From: Candidatus Sumerlaeota bacterium
Lineage (GTDB): Bacteria; Sumerlaeota; Sumerlaeia; JADFCW01
Direction of reading: 5' to 3'
Length of the DNA: 50,161 bases
NCBI GenBank assembly: GCA_017161705.1
Contig: JADFCW010000007.1
Coordinates: forward strand, 1 to 50,161
Within the stretch, counting starts at the first letter, position 1, and every line of letters starts with the position of its first letter. Under the pieces are notes generated by a model. That model ran no database searches. It saw only the letters and a list, made by a program, of their open reading frames with translations, and had not been told where the DNA came from. This document shows positions 28,910-39,477 of this stretch, one piece after another. Made by a program: the position numbers and the translations under genes.

Positions 28910-29224
28910 ATGAAGTGTCGCATCAAAAAAGGCGATCTTGTCGCCGTTATCTCGGGCGACGACCGCGGCGTGCGCGGCCGCGTTCTGACGGTTTTTCCCC
29001 GCAAAGGCAAAGCCGTGGTCGAAAAAGTCAATATGGTCACCAAACATCGCCGCCGCCGGCAGGCCCAGGGCCCAGGCGGCTTGATCACACAGGAAGCCCC
29101 GATTGCCCTCTCCAAACTGATGCTGGTGGATCCGAAAACCAATGAGCCTGTCCGCGTGCGCATCGAACGCCAGGCCGACGGGACCGTCGTGCGCAAGAGC
29201 AAGAAAACAGGGAATGTGATCTGA
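28910..29224 (+). CDS. rplX: 50S ribosomal protein L24
   Basis: [15 protein letters not shown] motif, EAPI. Confidence 0.96.
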   Translation: MKCRIKKGDLVAVISGDDRGVRGRVLTVFPRKGKAVVEKVNMVTKHRRRRQAQGPGGLITQEAPIALSKLMLVDPKTNEPVRVRIERQADGTVVRKSKKTGNVI

Positions 29225-29226
29225 CT

Positions 29227-29952
29227 ATGGCCAAGCCGGAAAAAACCGACGACAAAGCCGCCGACAAGAAAACGGCGGAAAAAAGTGCGGACGCCGAAAC
29301 CGCCAAAAAAACCAAAGGCGCCGAGAAAACAGCAGCCAAAGGCAAAGACAAGGCCGAAGCCAAAGCCGACGCCAAAGCCGAAGAACCCGAAGTCCGCGAG
29401 CCGCTCCCCGAACCGCGTCTAAAGATTCGGTATCGGGAAGAAATCATCCCCGCGATGATGAAACGGTTCAACTACACCAATCGCAACCAGGTTCCGCGCC
29501 TCGAGAAAGTCGTTCTCAACATGGGAATCGGCGAGGCCTCGCGCGACATCAAAATGCTGGACGCCGCCGAGCGCGAACTGACCCTGATCGCCGGCCAGAA
29601 AGCGGTTCTGACGCGGGCGCGGCGCGCTATTTCCGCGTTCAAAATCCGCGCCGGCATGCCCGTCGGCTGCTTTGTTACCCTGCGCGGGCGCCGCATGTAT
29701 GACTTTCTCGACCGGCTGATCAACATTGCCATCCCGCGCATCCGCGACTTTCGAGGCCTGCCGGCCAAGTCCTTCGACGGGCGCGGCAGCCATAGCATGG
29801 GAATCCGCGAACACCTGATTTTTATGGAACTCGACTATAATAAAGTGTCCACGGTGCGCGGAATGAACATTACGACCGTAACGACGGCACGGACCGACGA
29901 AGAAGCGCGCGAACTCCTGCGCTTGTTCGGCATGCCCTTCCGCGAAGGGTAA
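29227..29952 (+). CDS. rplE: 50S ribosomal protein L5 with long N-terminal extension
   Basis: [24 protein letters not shown]; ~60 aa K/A/E/D-rich N-terminus. Confidence 0.96.
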   Translation: MAKPEKTDDKAADKKTAEKSADAETAKKTKGAEKTAAKGKDKAEAKADAKAEEPEVREPLPEPRLKIRYREEIIPAMMKRFNYTNRNQVPRLEKVVLNMGIGEASRDIKMLDAAERELTLIAGQKAVLTRARRAISAFKIRAGMPVGCFVTLRGRRMYDFLDRLINIAIPRIRDFRGLPAKSFDGRGSHSMGIREHLIFMELDYNKVSTVRGMNITTVTTARTDEEARELLRLFGMPFREG

Positions 29953-29968
29953 GCCGGCCGGCCCTTGT

Positions 29969-30022
29969 GTCGGACCTGTCCGGCCTGTTCGACTTGTCCG
30001 ACCCGTCCGACCAGTTTGAACG
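29969..30022 (+). repeat. 9-bp tandem repeat array, 6 units, in the rplE-rpsN spacer
   Basis: gtcggacct gtccggcct gttcgactt gtccgaccc gtccgacca gtttgaacg. Confidence 0.88.
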
Positions 30023-30033
30023 AGGTGAGCTCG

Positions 30034-30219
30034 ATGGCTCGATTGTGCCTAAAGGTGAAAGCAAAACGGACGCCGAAATTTTCAGTGCGCCGCTATAATC
30101 GCTGCCCTCTGTGCGGGCGGGCGCGCGGCTACCTGCGCCGGTTCGATATGTGCCGCCTGTGTTTTCGCAGCCTGGCCAGCAAGGGGCAGATTCCCGGCGT
30201 AATGAAAGCCTCATGGTAG
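30034..30219 (+). CDS. rpsN: 30S ribosomal protein S14 (short, zinc-binding type)
   Basis: YNRCPLCGR...[18 protein letters not shown], 61 aa. Confidence 0.96.
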   Translation: MARLCLKVKAKRTPKFSVRRYNRCPLCGRARGYLRRFDMCRLCFRSLASKGQIPGVMKASW

Positions 30220-30290
30220 AAGGGCGGGCCGCCGCCGCACCGGACCAGTCGGCTCTGGCCCAACATCGAAGAGAGGACCAAATATAAACC

Positions 30291-30689
30291 ATGACGATGA
30301 CCGATCCCATCGCGGACATGCTGACGCGAATCCGCAATGCCAATCAGGCGCGCCACGAGGTGGTCGAGATGCCCTCTTCGCGAATGAAAATCGCCATTGC
30401 GAAAATCCTCAAAGAAGAGGGTTACATCAAGTATTTCAAAACCGTGCGCACCCGCAAACACGGCATGCTCAAGATTTTCCTTCGCTATGGAACCGGTCGC
30501 GAGCGCGTGATCACCGGCATCGAACGCGTCAGCTGCCCCGGCCTGCGCCGATACGCCGGCAAGGACTCGATCCCCACGGTCCTGGGCGGCATGGGCATTA
30601 CCATTGTGTCCACGTCCAAGGGCGTTATGACCGGACAGGCCGCCCGGCGGATGGGGCTCGGCGGCGAAATCATCTGCCGCGTCTGGTAG
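30291..30689 (+). CDS. rpsH: 30S ribosomal protein S8
   Basis: [32 protein letters not shown]. Confidence 0.98.
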   Translation: MTMTDPIADMLTRIRNANQARHEVVEMPSSRMKIAIAKILKEEGYIKYFKTVRTRKHGMLKIFLRYGTGRERVITGIERVSCPGLRRYAGKDSIPTVLGGMGITIVSTSKGVMTGQAARRMGLGGEIICRVW

Positions 30690-30752
30690 GAGACTGCGGG
30701 GCAAGGGCTCAGGCAGGCTGGAAAGCCCGCCTCGCGAAGAGGAGAAGACAAC

Positions 30753-31304
30753 GTGTCGCGTTTTGCCAAAGTTCCCATTGCGATTCCCAGCGGCGTCAGC
30801 GTGCAAATCGAAGGCGGCCGCATTCAAGTCAAAGGCCCCAAAGGCCAGTTGGAAATGCCCATTCCCCCGACCATTCGGGTGGCCCGGAACGAAAATGCCC
30901 TGCGGGTCGAGCGGCCCAACGATGAGAAGCAAAGCAAAGCGCTTCACGGACTGGCTCATCGCTTGATTACCAACATGATTGTCGGCGTGACCAGGGGATT
31001 CACCAAAGCCCTCGAAATTCAGGGCGTCGGCTATCGCGCGCAGGCGCAGGGCGACAAGCTGGAACTGGTGCTGGGATACAGCCATCCCGTGACGTACATG
31101 GTGCCCAAAGGCATCAAGGTCGAAACTCCGCAGCCCACGCAAATTATCGTCAGCGGCATTGACAAACAGCAGGTCGGCCAGGTGGCCGCGGAAATCCGCG
31201 CCTATCGGCCGCCGGAACCGTATAAAGGCAAAGGCATACGCTATGTCGGCGAGTATGTGCGCCGCAAGGTCGGCAAGACCGCTACGGGTGCCAAGTCCGC
31301 CTAA
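30753..31304 (+). CDS. rplF: 50S ribosomal protein L6
   Basis: KGPKG, GVGYRA, LGYSHPV, RPPEPYKGKGIRY. Confidence 0.98.
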   Translation: MSRFAKVPIAIPSGVSVQIEGGRIQVKGPKGQLEMPIPPTIRVARNENALRVERPNDEKQSKALHGLAHRLITNMIVGVTRGFTKALEIQGVGYRAQAQGDKLELVLGYSHPVTYMVPKGIKVETPQPTQIIVSGIDKQQVGQVAAEIRAYRPPEPYKGKGIRYVGEYVRRKVGKTATGAKSA

Positions 31305-31356
31305 CCCGCCGGCGTTCAGTAGGCATCGAGGTTGAACGACAGAAAGGCAATCGAGC

Positions 31357-31725
31357 ATGGCTCTGGATCGAAAACAAGCGTTGAAACGCAGGCACTTACG
31401 GATTCGAAAAAAAATCAGCGGCACCGCCGAACGGCCGCGTTTGTGCTTCCATAAGTCCCTGCGCCATCTCTATGCCCAGCTGGTGGACGACACATCCCAG
31501 AAGACGTTGCTCGCGTTGACCACCAATCGCAAGGCCCTCAAGGAAGCAGCCTCCCGGAAATCCTTTCGCAATAAGCAATGGGCTGCGCGCCTGGGCAAGG
31601 AACTGGGCGAACTGGCCGTCCAGAAAGGCATTCGACAGGTGGTGTTTGACCGTGGAGGCTATCTCTATCACGGATGCGTAAAGAGCTTTGCCGACGCCGC
31701 TCGTGCGGCGGGTTTGCAGTTCTAA
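31357..31725 (+). CDS. rplR: 50S ribosomal protein L18
   Basis: [29 protein letters not shown]. Confidence 0.97.
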   Translation: MALDRKQALKRRHLRIRKKISGTAERPRLCFHKSLRHLYAQLVDDTSQKTLLALTTNRKALKEAASRKSFRNKQWAARLGKELGELAVQKGIRQVVFDRGGYLYHGCVKSFADAARAAGLQF

Positions 31726-31747
31726 CGAAAAGGATGGACCAGTGACG

Positions 31748-32473
31748 ATGGACGGCACCGAACGCGAAGAAAGAACTACCGACCGCGAAGCCACCGAAAT
31801 CCTGGAGCAAGCGCGCGTTCCCCTTGACGATCAGCGGATTGATCCCTCGACGCTCGAGCTGCGCGAGGAGGTCATCTTCCTCAACCGCGTGGCGAAAGTT
31901 GTCAAAGGCGGACGCCGCTTCAGCTTCAACGCCCTGGTGGCCGTCGGCGACGGCAATGGCCACGTGGGTCTGGGCTTCGGCAAAGCTAACGAAGTGCCCG
32001 AGGCCATCTCCAAAGCCGTCGAAAAAGGCAAAAAGAACCTGTTCCGCGTCCCCCTGATCGGCCGCACCATCCCCCATGAGGTGGTCGGATATTTCGGAGC
32101 GGCAAAAGTACTTCTGAAGCCGGCCTCCCAGGGAACCGGTCTGATTGCCGGTCCGGCTGTGCGCGCCGTCCTCCAGCTGGCTGGCATTCAAGACGCCCTG
32201 ACTAAAAGTCTGGGGGCCGACAATCTTCTCAATGTCGCCAAAGCGACCGAGCATGCCCTGCGCAGCTTGAAAAAACCGGAAGTCATCGCGCGGCTTCGCG
32301 GCAAAACAATCGAGGCCATGCTGGGGCCCAAGCGGGCCGCCCTTCTGGCCGAAACACTGGAGCTGCAGGCAAAGAGCGAGGCCCGTCCGCCGGCGCTTGC
32401 CGCCGCGGAATCCAGGCCCCTGGCCGACGACATACCGGAAAGCGATGATACGGACAGCGAGGATGAAGAGTGA
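31748..32473 (+). CDS. rpsE: 30S ribosomal protein S5
   Basis: [40 protein letters not shown]; extended termini. Confidence 0.96.
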   Translation: MDGTEREERTTDREATEILEQARVPLDDQRIDPSTLELREEVIFLNRVAKVVKGGRRFSFNALVAVGDGNGHVGLGFGKANEVPEAISKAVEKGKKNLFRVPLIGRTIPHEVVGYFGAAKVLLKPASQGTGLIAGPAVRAVLQLAGIQDALTKSLGADNLLNVAKATEHALRSLKKPEVIARLRGKTIEAMLGPKRAALLAETLELQAKSEARPPALAAAESRPLADDIPESDDTDSEDEE

Positions 32474-32553
32474 GCGATAGGACTCGGACGCCAGGACGCC
32501 TGCGCCGGCAGGCTTGAGTTCCGAATCCCAGTATATCACGGGTGCGTGTCAAA

Positions 32554-32739
32554 GTGAGCAAGATCAAAGTGACATGGGTCCGCAGCACCATCAACCGCAA
32601 GGCGCGGCACAAGCGAACCATTCGGGCGCTGGGCCTCCATCGCCTGCACGAATCGGTTATCCATGAGGCCACGCCGCAGGTGCTGGGGATGATCGAGCAA
32701 ATCCGCTACCTGGTGGAAGTGGAAGAGGTGAAGTCATGA
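32554..32739 (+). CDS. rpmD: 50S ribosomal protein L30
   Basis: KIKVTWVRSTI...ALGL...GMI...YLVEVEE; GTG start at either 32542 or 32554. Confidence 0.93.
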   Translation: MSKIKVTWVRSTINRKARHKRTIRALGLHRLHESVIHEATPQVLGMIEQIRYLVEVEEVKS

Positions 32740-33179
32740 GAATGGAAACGTTGCCCGGCGACCGGGGGAAACGTCAGAAGCCGATCCGGAAAGGCCGCGG
32801 ACGCGGTACCGGCAAAGGCCAGACGGCCGGTCGCGGCACGAAAGGCTTTCATGCGCGCACGGGCAGCAATACGCGCCCCGGCGACGAAGGCGGCCAGATG
32901 CCTCTGGCCCGTCGTCTGCCCAAACGCGGCTTTACCCAGCCCGACCACATCGTCTATTGCCCGGTCAATCTGGGCGACCTGGATAAACGGTTTGAAGCGG
33001 GCGCCGAAGTGGGCCCGGAGGCCCTGCTGGCTGCCCGTCTGGTGCGCAGGAAACGCGGACAGATCAAAATCCTGGCCGCGGGCGAACTGACCAAGCCGCT
33101 TCGCGTGCGCGCGCATGCTTTCTCTGCATCAGCCCGGCGGAAAATCCTCGAAGCCGGCGGCAGCTGCGAGACCCTCTGA
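32736..33179 (+). CDS. rplO: 50S ribosomal protein L15
   Basis: GRGRGTGKGQTAGRGTKG, EGGQMPLARRLPKRGF. Confidence 0.97.
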   Translation: MRMETLPGDRGKRQKPIRKGRGRGTGKGQTAGRGTKGFHARTGSNTRPGDEGGQMPLARRLPKRGFTQPDHIVYCPVNLGDLDKRFEAGAEVGPEALLAARLVRRKRGQIKILAAGELTKPLRVRAHAFSASARRKILEAGGSCETL

Positions 33180-33246
33180 AGCACAAACTGGTCCTATGGG
33201 GTTCGCCCGGTTTGTTTGAACCCCGCGGAGTAAAAAGGAACAACCC

Positions 33247-34635
33247 ATGCTCGGCCTGATGGCAAACATGTTCAAGATTCCGGATCTTCGGAAGAAGATC
33301 TTTTATACGTTGATGATCGTTGCCATCTACCGGGTGGGCGCGCACGTGCCGGTGCCCTTCATAGACGGCAAGGCCATGCGCGAGTTCTGGGCCAGCGCCA
33401 CCGGCGGGGCGGGCGGGGGACTCCTCAACATGGTGGACATGTTCTCCGGCCGCGCCTTCCGCCAAATGACTATCTTCGCGCTCGGCATCATGCCTTACAT
33501 CAGCGCTTCGATCATCCTCCAATTGCTGACCGTCGTTTGGCCGTGGCTGGAAAAAATCTCCAAAGAAGGCGAGGCCGGCCGTAAGAAAATCAACCAATAC
33601 ACCCGCTATGGAACGGTGCTCCTGGCGGCCTTCCAGTCCATGGGCGTTGCCCTTTTTCTGCTCGGCCATAATCTGACCCTCCTGCCCCATCATCGCTTTC
33701 TGTTCATCTTTACAACCATCCTGGCCATAACCGCCGGCACCTGCTTCATCATGTGGCTGGGCGAACGCATCAGCGACAAGGGGATCGGCAACGGCATCTC
33801 GATCATTATTGCCGTCGGCATCATCGCCGGCTATCCGTATAGCGTCGGCACAGCCATCCAGGCGGTCCAGGCGGGCATGCGGCCCATCACGATTCCCATT
33901 ATTCTCATTCTGTTTGTGGTGATCTCGGTCTTGATTATCTACATGCAGTTGGGGTCGCGGAAAATCCCTATCCAACATGCCAAGCGGGTCGTCGGCCGGC
34001 GCATGATGTCGGGCAGCACCACTCATCTGCCGCTCAAAGTCAATACGGCCGGGGTCATTCCGGTGATCTTCTCGTCGGCCATCATGACGTTTCCGACGTT
34101 TGTTCTGGGCGGTTTCATTCGGGGCGGCGAGGGGTTTTTCAACTGGCTGGGCGAACTGTTCTCGATGACCTCGCGGTTCAACCCCTACGACTACTTCGAT
34201 ATGGAATACGGCGGGATTTTTCCCCTCTTGAAAAACATTAACCTCTACCACGTCATTTACGCAGTTCTTACCATCTTCTTCTGCTATTTCTATACGGCGG
34301 TTACGTTCAATCCGACCGATATTGCCGATAACCTGAAGAAGTCGGGCAGTTTTATTCCCGGACGCCGCCCGGGCAAGGCGACCTCCGAGTATATTGACTT
34401 TGTGTTGACCCGCATCACTCTGGTCGGCGCGTTCTTTCTTGTCGCCATCGCCTTGCTGCCCCAGTTCATCTCGATCGCCTACAATGTCCCCTGGGCTTTC
34501 ACCGACGTGGTCGGCGGGACGGGCCTGCTGATCGTCGTCGGGGTGTTGCTCGACACAATGAAGCAAATCGAGTCGCAGCTTCTCATGCGGCACTACGAGG
34601 GATTCAAGTGGCGGCGGGCGCGGGCGGGGCGCTAG
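33247..34635 (+). CDS. secY: Preprotein translocase subunit SecY
   Basis: IFALGIMPYISASII, WLGERISDKGIGNGIS, AGVIPVIF, IPGRRPG, GGTGLLIVVGV. Confidence 0.98.
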   Translation: MLGLMANMFKIPDLRKKIFYTLMIVAIYRVGAHVPVPFIDGKAMREFWASATGGAGGGLLNMVDMFSGRAFRQMTIFALGIMPYISASIILQLLTVVWPWLEKISKEGEAGRKKINQYTRYGTVLLAAFQSMGVALFLLGHNLTLLPHHRFLFIFTTILAITAGTCFIMWLGERISDKGIGNGISIIIAVGIIAGYPYSVGTAIQAVQAGMRPITIPIILILFVVISVLIIYMQLGSRKIPIQHAKRVVGRRMMSGSTTHLPLKVNTAGVIPVIFSSAIMTFPTFVLGGFIRGGEGFFNWLGELFSMTSRFNPYDYFDMEYGGIFPLLKNINLYHVIYAVLTIFFCYFYTAVTFNPTDIADNLKKSGSFIPGRRPGKATSEYIDFVLTRITLVGAFFLVAIALLPQFISIAYNVPWAFTDVVGGTGLLIVVGVLLDTMKQIESQLLMRHYEGFKWRRARAGR

Positions 34636-34702
34636 AGGGCGCCGGAAAGGATCGGCCCCATTCTCCCCCCTCAGCAACCGGAGGCTTTCGGAGATACGAA
34701 GG

Positions 34703-35380
34703 ATGCAGGCATTGATTCTTTTTGGGCCGCCCGGCTCGGGCAAAGGCACCCAGGCAGCGCGGCTGGTCGAACGATACGGCTGGGCCCATCTGGCCACGGG
34801 CGACATGTTCCGCGAGGCGTTGAGCCGCAACGACCCGGTGGCCGTCGAGGCGCAAGACTTGATGAAAGCGGGCCGGCTAGTGCCCGACGAACTGGTGGGC
34901 CGGATGGTGAGGGCCAAGCTGCAGCAGTTGAAAAACGAAGGACGGTGGGACGGCATTATCTTTGACGGCTACCCGCGCAACGTGGCCCAGGTCGGCCACC
35001 TCGATGCTATTCTGACGGAATGTGGAATCGCTTTGGCAGGAGTCGTGGCGCTGGAGGTCGAAGATGAGTTGTTGGTCAAGCGATTGGCCGGCCGCTGCTC
35101 CTGTCCGACCTGCGGGAAGACTTACAACATCCATTTCGACCCGCCCAGGACCGCCGGACGGTGCGACACGGACGGCAGTACGCTGGTTTGCCGGCTCGAC
35201 GACAACGAGCAGACGATTCGCGAGCGGTTGCGCGTCTATCGCGAGCAAACCCGGCCGGTCATAGAGGTTTATCGCGGGCGGGGACAACTGGCGGTCGTTC
35301 CCGGGTCCGACGGGCCGCAGCCGGTCTTCGAGCGCCTGACCGCGATCGTGGACCCATGGACTGGTCGCCATGACCGGTGA
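34703..35380 (+). CDS. adk: Adenylate kinase (zinc-lid type)
   Basis: GPPGSGKGTQA, TGDMFRE, DGYPR, CPTCG...CDTD. Confidence 0.97.
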   Translation: MQALILFGPPGSGKGTQAARLVERYGWAHLATGDMFREALSRNDPVAVEAQDLMKAGRLVPDELVGRMVRAKLQQLKNEGRWDGIIFDGYPRNVAQVGHLDAILTECGIALAGVVALEVEDELLVKRLAGRCSCPTCGKTYNIHFDPPRTAGRCDTDGSTLVCRLDDNEQTIRERLRVYREQTRPVIEVYRGRGQLAVVPGSDGPQPVFERLTAIVDPWTGRHDR

Positions 35381-36131
35381 AAGGATACCTGTCTATAGTC
35401 CTCGCGAAATCGAAAGCATACGCGAGGCCGGCCGGCTGGTCAGCCGGGTGTTGGAAGAAATCGGACGCATGGTTCGGCCGGGAGTGACCACGGCGGAAAT
35501 GGACCGCGAGGCACGGCGCATCATCGAAGCGATGGGAGCCAAGCCGGCCTTCCCGGAAGTCCGCCAATATCCGGCGACGCTCTGTACCTCGATCAACGAA
35601 GAGGTTGTGCACGGCATCCCTTCCGACCGCAAATTGCAGGAAGGCGATATTATCAGCATCGATTGCGGACTGAGCAAAGGGGGGTTTTACGCCGACAAAT
35701 GCATCACGTGGGCTGTCGGACGCGTCTCCGAGGAAGCGCAGCGCCTGATAGACGTGACCCGCCGAGCCCTGGACGCGGCGATTGCGGAAATGCGCGAAGG
35801 CGTCCATCTGGGCGATGTTTGCGCGGCCATTCAGCGGACTGCCGAAAGCGCCGGCATGTCGGTCGTGCGCGACTACACGGGACACGGCATTGGGCGGCGG
35901 CTGCATGAGCCGCCCCAAATTCCCAATCGGGGCACTCCTGGCGAAGGACCGCGGCTGCGGCGTGGGATGGTTCTGGCCCTCGAACCGATGATCAATTTGG
36001 GAACCTGGCAGGTCAAGGTGCTGAGCGACAATTGGACTGTAGTGACGTTGGATCGGCGGATGTCGGCACATTTTGAGCATACTGTGGCGGTTACCCGGGA
36101 CGGGGCCGACATATTGACCCTGTGTGAATGA
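35370..36131 (+). CDS. map: Methionine aminopeptidase type I
   Basis: CTSINEEVVHGIP, GHGIG..HEPP, ALEPM, SAHFEHT. Confidence 0.97.
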   Translation: MTGERIPVYSPREIESIREAGRLVSRVLEEIGRMVRPGVTTAEMDREARRIIEAMGAKPAFPEVRQYPATLCTSINEEVVHGIPSDRKLQEGDIISIDCGLSKGGFYADKCITWAVGRVSEEAQRLIDVTRRALDAAIAEMREGVHLGDVCAAIQRTAESAGMSVVRDYTGHGIGRRLHEPPQIPNRGTPGEGPRLRRGMVLALEPMINLGTWQVKVLSDNWTVVTLDRRMSAHFEHTVAVTRDGADILTLCE

Positions 36132-36182
36132 GAATCCGGAGCCGGACGCTTCACTTTTCGCAAATGGAGAATGAATTAACGC

Positions 36183-36218
36183 TTGACGACGGAATTTGAG
36201 GAAAAGAAATTCTAAATT
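36183..36218 (+). promoter_or_regulatory. Possible internal promoter upstream of infA
   Basis: AT-rich patch with TTGACG at 36183-88; the nearest TAnnnT (TAAATT, 36213-18) is at 24-bp spacing. Confidence 0.4.
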
Positions 36219-36318
36219 TTGTGCCCGGTAAGGGAAGCGGCGGTTTTTTGCTAAAAATTGCCTATGGGGTGTGCGCAAGCCGCCCAATTCAGGACAAAGA
36301 TCGGGCGAAGCGACAAGC

Positions 36319-36540
36319 ATGGCCAAGGAAAAAGCCATCGAAGTCGAAGGTACGGTCGTCGAGACTCTCCCCAACGCAATGTTTCGCGTTGACCTGGACA
36401 ATGGCTTGAAGGTGTTGGCGCACATATCGGGCAAGATGCGGATGAACTTCATTCGAATCATGCCGGGAGACAAGGTAAAAGTCGAGCTGTCTCCGTATGA
36501 TTTAACGCGGGGACGCATCGTATATCGGGCGAGGCGATAG
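36319..36540 (+). CDS. infA: Translation initiation factor IF-1
   Basis: [38 protein letters not shown]. Confidence 0.98.
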   Translation: MAKEKAIEVEGTVVETLPNAMFRVDLDNGLKVLAHISGKMRMNFIRIMPGDKVKVELSPYDLTRGRIVYRARR

Positions 36541-36605
36541 ACCGCAGCCCGGCCGCGTGCCGGGCAGGGGAGAGCGCCAGAGGAAAGCAGGGGAGTAGCG
36601 CGGTT

Positions 36606-36719
36606 ATGAAAGTGCGAGCATCCGTAAAACCCATTTGCAAGAAATGCAAGATCATCCGCCGGCGGGGGGTTCTGCGCGTGATCTGCGAGAACCCGCGCCA
36701 TAAACAGCGCCAAGGATAA
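36606..36719 (+). CDS. rpmJ: 50S ribosomal protein L36
   Basis: Manual translation [37 protein letters not shown] (below the ORF-track size cutoff). Confidence 0.97.
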   Translation: MKVRASVKPICKKCKIIRRRGVLRVICENPRHKQRQG

Positions 36720-36787
36720 GCCGTTTTTTACAACCCGGTCGAATCCGCCGGAGCACCGACCACAAGGTCTAGAAGGGGGAAGAAAAG

Positions 36788-37165
36788 TTGGCACGTGTAG
36801 CGGGAATAGATTTGCCGCGCGACAAGCGCGTCGAGATTGGGTTGACCTATGTATTCGGCGTCGGACGCACGTTGTCCAATCGTATATTGAAACAGGCGGG
36901 AGTCAACCCGGATACCCGCGTGCGCGATCTGACCGAAGCCGAGGTCAGCCGCATCAACGCCATCATCGCCGCCAACTACAAGGTCGAGGGCGACCTGCGC
37001 CGCGAGATTAACCAGAATATCAAACGCTTGATGGATATCGGATGCTATCGCGGCTTGCGTCATCGCAAAGGACTGCCTGTGCGCGGCCAGCGCACCCGCA
37101 CCAACGCGCGCACCCGCAAAGGACCCGCCAAAACCGTCGGCGTGCGAAAGAAAGAAGAAAAGTAA
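36788..37165 (+). CDS. rpsM: 30S ribosomal protein S13
   Basis: [39 protein letters not shown]; TTG start. Confidence 0.98.
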   Translation: MARVAGIDLPRDKRVEIGLTYVFGVGRTLSNRILKQAGVNPDTRVRDLTEAEVSRINAIIAANYKVEGDLRREINQNIKRLMDIGCYRGLRHRKGLPVRGQRTRTNARTRKGPAKTVGVRKKEEK

Positions 37166-37247
37166 TCCGAGCAGGATCAGAACGGATGCGGCGAACCTAG
37201 CCGCCGGGCTGTTCTGTCGCTAATACAAAATAAAGGACTCGATGCGA

Positions 37248-37682
37248 ATGGCCAAGGAACCTGAAACGCAACAAGCGCCGCCAGCCGAGGGTGAAGTCAA
37301 GACCCCCGCTGCCAAAAAAAAGAAAATCAAACGCAATATCGCCAAGGCGATTGTGCACCTCAAGGCGTCCTTTAACAATACCATTGTAACCATTACCGAC
37401 GAACGCGGAAACACCATTTCGTGGGCGAGCGCCGGAACCGCCGGGTTCAAAGGCTCCCGCAAGAGTACGCCCTATGCCGCCCAGATGGCGGCGGAAAAGG
37501 CCGCTAAAAGCGCGATGGATCAGGGCGTCAAGCGCGTCGAGGTCCACGTCAAAGGCCCCGGCCCCGGACGCGAGTCCGCCATTCGCCAGCTCCAGGCCGC
37601 CGGTCTGGAAATCACGGTTATCCGCGATGTCACACCGATTCCCCATAACGGCTGCCGTCCGCCGAAACGACGGCGCGTGTAA
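37248..37682 (+). CDS. rpsK: 30S ribosomal protein S11
   Basis: [43 protein letters not shown]. Confidence 0.98.
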   Translation: MAKEPETQQAPPAEGEVKTPAAKKKKIKRNIAKAIVHLKASFNNTIVTITDERGNTISWASAGTAGFKGSRKSTPYAAQMAAEKAAKSAMDQGVKRVEVHVKGPGPGRESAIRQLQAAGLEITVIRDVTPIPHNGCRPPKRRRV

Positions 37683-37703
37683 GTCAGAGGAGGAAACCAG
37701 CAC

Positions 37704-38330
37704 GTGGCACGTTATCGAGGTCCCGCATGCAAACGATGCCGGCGCGAAGGCGAGAAGCTCTATCTCAAGGGCGAGCGATGTGCAGGGCCCAAGTGCGGCG
37801 TCGAACGCCGCCAATATGCGCCCGGTGAACACGGCCAGAGCCGGCAGAAGCTTTCCACCTATGGCAAACAGCTGCGGGAAAAGCAAAAAGCCAAGGCCAT
37901 CTATGGTCTGCTCGAAGCGCAATTCCGCCGCTATTTCCACATGGCCGAGCGATTTCGGGGCATGACGGGCACCATTCTGCTCCAGCTGCTCGAACGGCGG
38001 CTGGACAATCTGATCTACCGGCTTGGCTTCGCGCCGTCGCGCCGCGCCGCCCGCCAGCTGGTCAGCCACGGCCATGTGCGCGTGAACGGCCGCAAGGTGG
38101 ACATCCCTTCCTATCTCGTTCGACCCGGCGAGGAAATTTCGCTAACCGACGACATGAAGACCAATCCCATCGTGGCCGCCGGTCTGGCCGCCGCGGAAAA
38201 GCGCGAGAAACTGTCCTGGCTGGCTTGTTCGCCGGAAACCCTGTCGGGCCGGATGCTCAACGTGCCCACTCGCGAGGAGATTCCTCTCCTGCTGAACGAA
38301 CAGATGATCGTTGAACTCTACTCGAAGTAA
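37704..38330 (+). CDS. rpsD: 30S ribosomal protein S4
   Basis: ARYRGPACKRCRREG, QLREKQK, LERRLDN, ARQLVSHGH, IVELYSK. Confidence 0.98.
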   Translation: MARYRGPACKRCRREGEKLYLKGERCAGPKCGVERRQYAPGEHGQSRQKLSTYGKQLREKQKAKAIYGLLEAQFRRYFHMAERFRGMTGTILLQLLERRLDNLIYRLGFAPSRRAARQLVSHGHVRVNGRKVDIPSYLVRPGEEISLTDDMKTNPIVAAGLAAAEKREKLSWLACSPETLSGRMLNVPTREEIPLLLNEQMIVELYSK

Positions 38331-38442
38331 GAGGGAATGGCCGTCGGGGCCGCCGCGGCCCCCGCCGATCGGATATACGCCGCCCCTACAACGCCAACGT
38401 CACGAGACGCAATGGGATATCTCGGACGGAGGGAAAACAAGA

Positions 38443-39453
38443 ATGGAACTCAAACCTCTGGTTTCACCGCGAAGTTTGGTGCCCGACCGCGCAACGCTGA
38501 CGCGCGAATACGGCAAATTCACCGCCGAGCCGTTTGAACGCGGCTACGGCCGCACCATCGGGAATTCGCTGCGCCGCATTCTCCTGTCGTCCATCCAGGG
38601 CGCCGCGGTCACCTCCTATCAGATCGAAAACGTCAAACACGAATTCTCCCACATTCCCGGCGTGAAGGAGGACGTCACCGACATCACGCTGAACCTGAAA
38701 AGTCTCATCGTCAAACTGACCGATGCCACCGAAGGGACACTCTACCTCAATGCGAAAGGCCCGATGGTGGTGCGCGCCGGCGATTTCCAGATGGAACCCC
38801 AGGTGGCCATCCTCAACCCCGGCCAGCATATCGCCACGCTGGACGTCGGGGCCTCGTTGGTCATGGAAGTCACCGTCCGCCAGGGCCGCGGCTATCAGCC
38901 CGCCCCGCGCGAGGAACAGGAACGCGAAGCCATCGGCGTCATTCCCGTGGACGCCGCCTTCTCGCCGATCCGCAATGTGCGCTACCACGTCGAGAACGCC
39001 CGCGTCGGCCAGGAGACCGAGTATGACCGCCTGATCCTCGAAGTGTGGACGAACGGCAGCGTCGCGCCCGACGAGGCGATCTCCTTTGCCGCGCGCATTC
39101 TCAAAGACTACATGGACCTGTTCATTACCATCGAGGACCAAACGCGCCAGGTGCAGGAACTGGCCGAGGAAGAAGAGGAAATCAGTCCGATCGCGGCCCT
39201 GCAGGAGAAACTCGACAAGAGCATCGAGGAACTGGAGCTGTCGGTGCGCTCGTACAACTGCCTCGAAGCCGCCGGCATCAAGACCATTCGCGACCTGGTG
39301 CAGAAAACCGAGACCGATATGCTCAAGTATCGCAACTTCGGACGCAAGTCGCTCAATGAAATTAAAGCCATTCTCAAGGACATGGGTCTGCAATTCAACA
39401 TGAAGATTGACCCCTCTACCGGGCTGCCGGTTGTGCTGCCCGATCAGTCCTGA
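38443..39453 (+). CDS. rpoA: DNA-directed RNA polymerase subunit alpha
   Basis: EPFERGYGRTIGNSLRRILLSS, IPVDAAFSP, LELSVRSYNCL, NFGRKSL. Confidence 0.98.
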   Translation: MELKPLVSPRSLVPDRATLTREYGKFTAEPFERGYGRTIGNSLRRILLSSIQGAAVTSYQIENVKHEFSHIPGVKEDVTDITLNLKSLIVKLTDATEGTLYLNAKGPMVVRAGDFQMEPQVAILNPGQHIATLDVGASLVMEVTVRQGRGYQPAPREEQEREAIGVIPVDAAFSPIRNVRYHVENARVGQETEYDRLILEVWTNGSVAPDEAISFAARILKDYMDLFITIEDQTRQVQELAEEEEEISPIAALQEKLDKSIEELELSVRSYNCLEAAGIKTIRDLVQKTETDMLKYRNFGRKSLNEIKAILKDMGLQFNMKIDPSTGLPVVLPDQS

Positions 39454-39477
39454 TCGTTCACGCAGGGAGCAAACCCG

